This document shows positions 60,870-64,000 of a stretch of DNA of 64,000 bases, in pieces. Source of the DNA: Pocillopora damicornis (lineage: Eukaryota); the NCBI RefSeq assembly GCF_003704095.1, contig NW_020846078.1, positions 248,001 through 312,000 of the forward strand, read 5' to 3'. How positions within the stretch are numbered: the first letter of the stretch is position 1; each line of letters opens with the position of its first letter. The notes below the pieces were generated by a model. That model was not told the origin of the DNA. It made no database searches and was given only the letters and a program-made list of their open reading frames with translations. Made by a program: the position numbers and the translations under genes.

Positions 60870-62402
60870 GTATATATAGTAACGACCAAAGAAAACTGTT
60901 TGAGCTGCTCATGTTTATCTTACCAAGATGGATGGGGTGTTTTCCAGACATGATTGACGCTCTAGTCGGAGTGCACATCGGAGACACGTAGTAGTTGTTT
61001 AATATGACGCCTTCGTTGGCAAGTGCGTCAATGTTTGGTGTTGGAATTTGAGGGGAGCCATGGAAACCTACATCATCCCAACCCTAGAAATTCAATGTGG
61101 TTTAGAAGGCTTAAAAACTACATCATCAGGATATAAGCTCTAGAGTATGATTTACGACATCTTAATTATCTTTAATTATTCCTGAGACGATACTGCGGTG
61201 ATTTTAAACCGCACTCAATCAATCGATTGCAGAGGTCATCTTCAGGTGTCTATGTTAACCCCACCCCACTCCCAAACGAAATACGTGATTTCAGTCACTG
61301 GCCTAGGAACTGACATAGTAATTGAACGGTAAGGAAATAGTTATGAGGAGAGCATCTGTTATATCGTCCAAAATCGATTAATTCCCTTGAAAATGGTCGA
61401 GAAATACGTGGACTTGAAGTAGTTGACAAAAAGGCTTTGAGTGTTTACTTTTTAGGTCTTTCTAATGTTTGATACTTGCCAAATCGTCTGCCAGAATAAA
61501 AATAAGATGTGGTTGTTTCTTTGTAGCTCTGCAAATTGATATTAACATACCGAATAGGCAAGGTAACCTGGAAAGCAAAAGGAGGAGAGATGTTCAGTGA
61601 CACTAATTAATCAGAATCAACTAAGACGTTGGCTGTCATTTTTTCTTCTTCTATCTGCTTTATGTGAACCTCTGTTTATATTTAAGTCTTGCCCATAAAC
61701 AACTGAAGCAGCTCCCCTGAATTATAAGTAACCCCATAGGTCCAGAATTCACATGTTTCATACGCACATGCGCTCTGATTGATTGGGGAAGAGTTATTTT
61801 CGAGATGCTAAAAGATATAATTTTCTGTAAAAAGGCCATTGTTTTACGCCTTAGCCAACAAGAAATTTTTCGTCGTAACCTCGATCTGCATGTATGTAAA
61901 ATCAAATGAATCATAGCAATTTTGAGAATGAACGCCATCTTAACCACAACAAAGGAATTATGGTTAGAATGAAATATTAAAATCATACCAATTTTTCTTA
62001 CTTTGTTCACTATTTGAGGCAATTTTAGCATTTTCCTTATTGAACAATCATGAGATCTCTATCGAAGGCAGGCGTTTGTTGTAGAATTTATGATCTGAGT
62101 TCACGTTCACAAGAATTCGGCCACCTCTTGTGCAAGCGATAAACAAAACTTAGGTAGGTGTTAATGCGCGTTGGCTTTTTACTACAAATGGTTCGTAGTT
62201 ATACTTATGTGTTTCTAGAAGCAGTTAATGTTTATGAAATATAGAGTAAATCGTGGTATTTGAATAGTTCTTTAGACGAAATATCGAATCGTTTACTCAG
62301 TAAGAATACAATCAGATCAGTTATAATCAGGCAAATTAATCCGCCCAGCCCTCTAATTTTGCGAGGTGTCACATACCAAAGGTTTAGTTTTGTCAACTCC
62401 AT
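52303..62402 (-). CDS. ARSB: Arylsulfatase B-like sulfatase (ARSB/ARSI/ARSJ group), ~552 aa
   Basis: Ten exons, 5'->3': 62402-62377, 61567-61480, 61083-60924, 60519-60407, 60177-60031, 59800-59633, 59275-59106, 58579-58295, 56935-56712, 52580-52303 (1659 nt, in frame). Signal peptide, then [15 protein letters not shown], the formylglycine motif [42 protein letters not shown] and WGPW. An upstream exon (donor at 62754) may add MISDN from an ATG at 62762. Exact orthology within the ARSB/I/J group is not resolved. Confidence 0.93.
53930..54621. mobile_element. Cluster of three piggyBac-like MITEs: a duplicated copy plus one nested insertion (54209-54419)
   Basis: 53941-54133 is closely repeated at 54419-54621. 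The middle element runs TTAA-CCTGTTAACTCCCA...TGGGACTTAAAGGG-TTAA. Confidence 0.85.
57650..57800. mobile_element. Degenerate piggyBac-like MITE fragment
   Basis: gaatttgtttagccatcaagaacttctt...aatttcctttattctcgtgatc...cacccttaagggttaa resembles the other copies. Confidence 0.5.
58113..58258 (+). mobile_element. 3' portion of a tRNA-derived SINE-like repeat
   Basis: tcaaatcccgtatgggcctgaatttttccaggtcttattt...gctgcgaggatc...catatatgaatttcatatat: B-box-like start and a recalled coral SINE body. Confidence 0.5.
58745..58915. repeat. Degenerate CAACTCGCCA-type short tandem repeat
   Basis: About eight variants (caacacgcct, caacttgca, caactcgcca, caacttgcca, aactcgcaa, caactcaccg, caatttgccg, caactcgccg) spaced ~20 bp apart. 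Confidence 0.7.
60843..60877. repeat. (AT)n microsatellite
   Basis: Direct reading of the sequence. Confidence 0.95.
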
Positions 62403-64000
62403 GTTGTCCTGTTTCTAAGTTTTCGAGTCTGTCAGTGTTGTTAATGAGTGTGTTTTCTACAGCGTTATTTTCCTTGGCACCTTAATTTCCTTTGCTTCAA
62501 ACTAAAATACGGTTTGTTTACACCCAAACAACATGTTCCCGTCCCAAGATTGATGAAATTGACCTGTTGTTGCCAGAAAAACAAACAAAATTCCACTTTT
62601 ATTTCTACTGTGATAGTACGAATCGTAGTAGATCTTTTTATAGCGGAAAGTAGATGGAAACTAGAAAGAAAGAAATTTGCAATTCCTCAACGCGATGCTC
62701 TCTCGTTTTCAAGTAATGCTACCTCTAACAGGCACTATGTGTAATTCACTTACAGAAATCATTTGCTTTTTTCTCTAAATTACTGCATTTTGATCGTCTA
62801 GACCCGTTTCCATCAATTTATCGATTAAAAGATAAGGCAAGGTATGGACCCGTCTTGACGCTGGTGAGTCATAGCCGAGGCAAGCAAACCAGTTGTTTAT
62901 TATATAAATAAAGCCGGTGTCCTCTTATTAATTTAAATGTTTATCTTATTCCTCGGAACATAACACTCACGCAAGAGGAAACCAAGAAAATTGGTTGACG
63001 ACAGCAAGCGCTGCAGCGTGAAAGGGAAAATATCCGTTCTTGCTCAGCTACATGCGTAGTCAGCCAATCACAATTCATGCAATCATGATCAAGAAAATAA
63101 AAAAAAAAAAAGATGAAATTTAGCAAAAGCGCAGTGTTAATATTTGGTTACGATACAACGAAAACTTTCTTTCAATTCAGTAGCAATTGATTTCTATCGG
63201 GCAGAGTTATGTTATGCTGATTGAGATGCTTCTGATCAATAATAAAAAAGCCAGAAGAGATTAGCAGATTTTTGCATATTGTCATAGCTTTTCTAGTATC
63301 AGACTGAGTTTCCACATTAGCTAGCCTAATGGGTCGTGTAGTGGGTGTATGGAACATGTATGTTAATACTGAATTATTTAACAGTGTCAAACACTATACA
63401 CATCTAATTGATTGGTTAATGGAATATTGACGTTTCAAAAACAAGACTTGCACGTTTCTAAGTCCACTTATAAAAAGACAAAGCGCTGGACTACTTTTAA
63501 CTTTAAAAAGATGCGACAACTCTGTGAGTGGTTACTTGGCCAAGTATTTGTTTGTTTCGAGAAAAAGCTGTTTTGTAATCCATACTGAGAATGTATGAAG
63601 CACTGTTGTATACATGTATCCTGAGGGAAAATGGTTTCCAAACTTATGTAGATGTCAAAAATAAAAACAGCTGTTTCAATTTGCTTATTTCCGCTTCAAT
63701 TTCCTCCAAACACACTCCTGAGAAACCTCGAGGGCCGCAGGTGGTTGAAGAAAGACTCTCCTCAAATCCTATAGATTCCTCAAGTCCCTATGCATTCCTG
63801 GTGGGAATAAAAACCAGTTCAGTTGTAGGGCTGGGAAAGAGCTAAAACTTGAGATCGTACCGTCGATTGAACTTGAAGTAAGTGAAACCACTTTTCCACC
63901 CGTCTAAATAATTGTGTATAGAATAACATAAGGACTGTACGAAAGTATCTTGAATTTATAAAGACTAGTATTCCTAGTGCCATTTATTGAACACATTAAA

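Noticed and set aside
63591-63845. 84-aa ORF or possible terminal exon of a neighbouring gene
   Set aside because: No recognisable motif; minus-strand frames after the candidate acceptor stop within about 20 codons.

Overview
AT-rich, intron-containing animal DNA. The repeat families and gene content look like a stony coral or other anthozoan (inference). Five protein-coding genes were built by hand from splice sites with frame checks. (1) The last three exons of PBDC1 (+). (2) An 11-exon, ~700-aa gene I cannot name (+, 7736-17383). (3) An anion-type Cys-loop ligand-gated channel subunit (+, ~26054-31436). (4) A single-coding-exon aminergic-like GPCR (+, 49033-50064). (5) An arylsulfatase B-like gene with a GC-AG intron (-, 52303-62402). 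The headline is gene 2. Its order is: short acidic/hydrophobic N-terminus, Ser/Pro-rich region, putative p53/NDT80/RHD-type beta-sandwich DNA-binding domain, phage tail-spike-like trimer strand, Peptidase_G2-like intramolecular chaperone domain, coiled coil, one TM helix, Cys-containing luminal domain. This is the layout of the self-cleaving membrane transcription factor MYRF, but apparently built with a different phage-type chaperone (G2-like rather than S74) whose catalytic Glu position reads Tyr. Domain assignments come from motif recognition only and need HMM or structure confirmation. The rest of the window holds TTAA/CCCT piggyBac-like MITEs, SINE and LINE remnants, a degenerate hammerhead-like motif, minisatellites and a clean templated-insertion scar.
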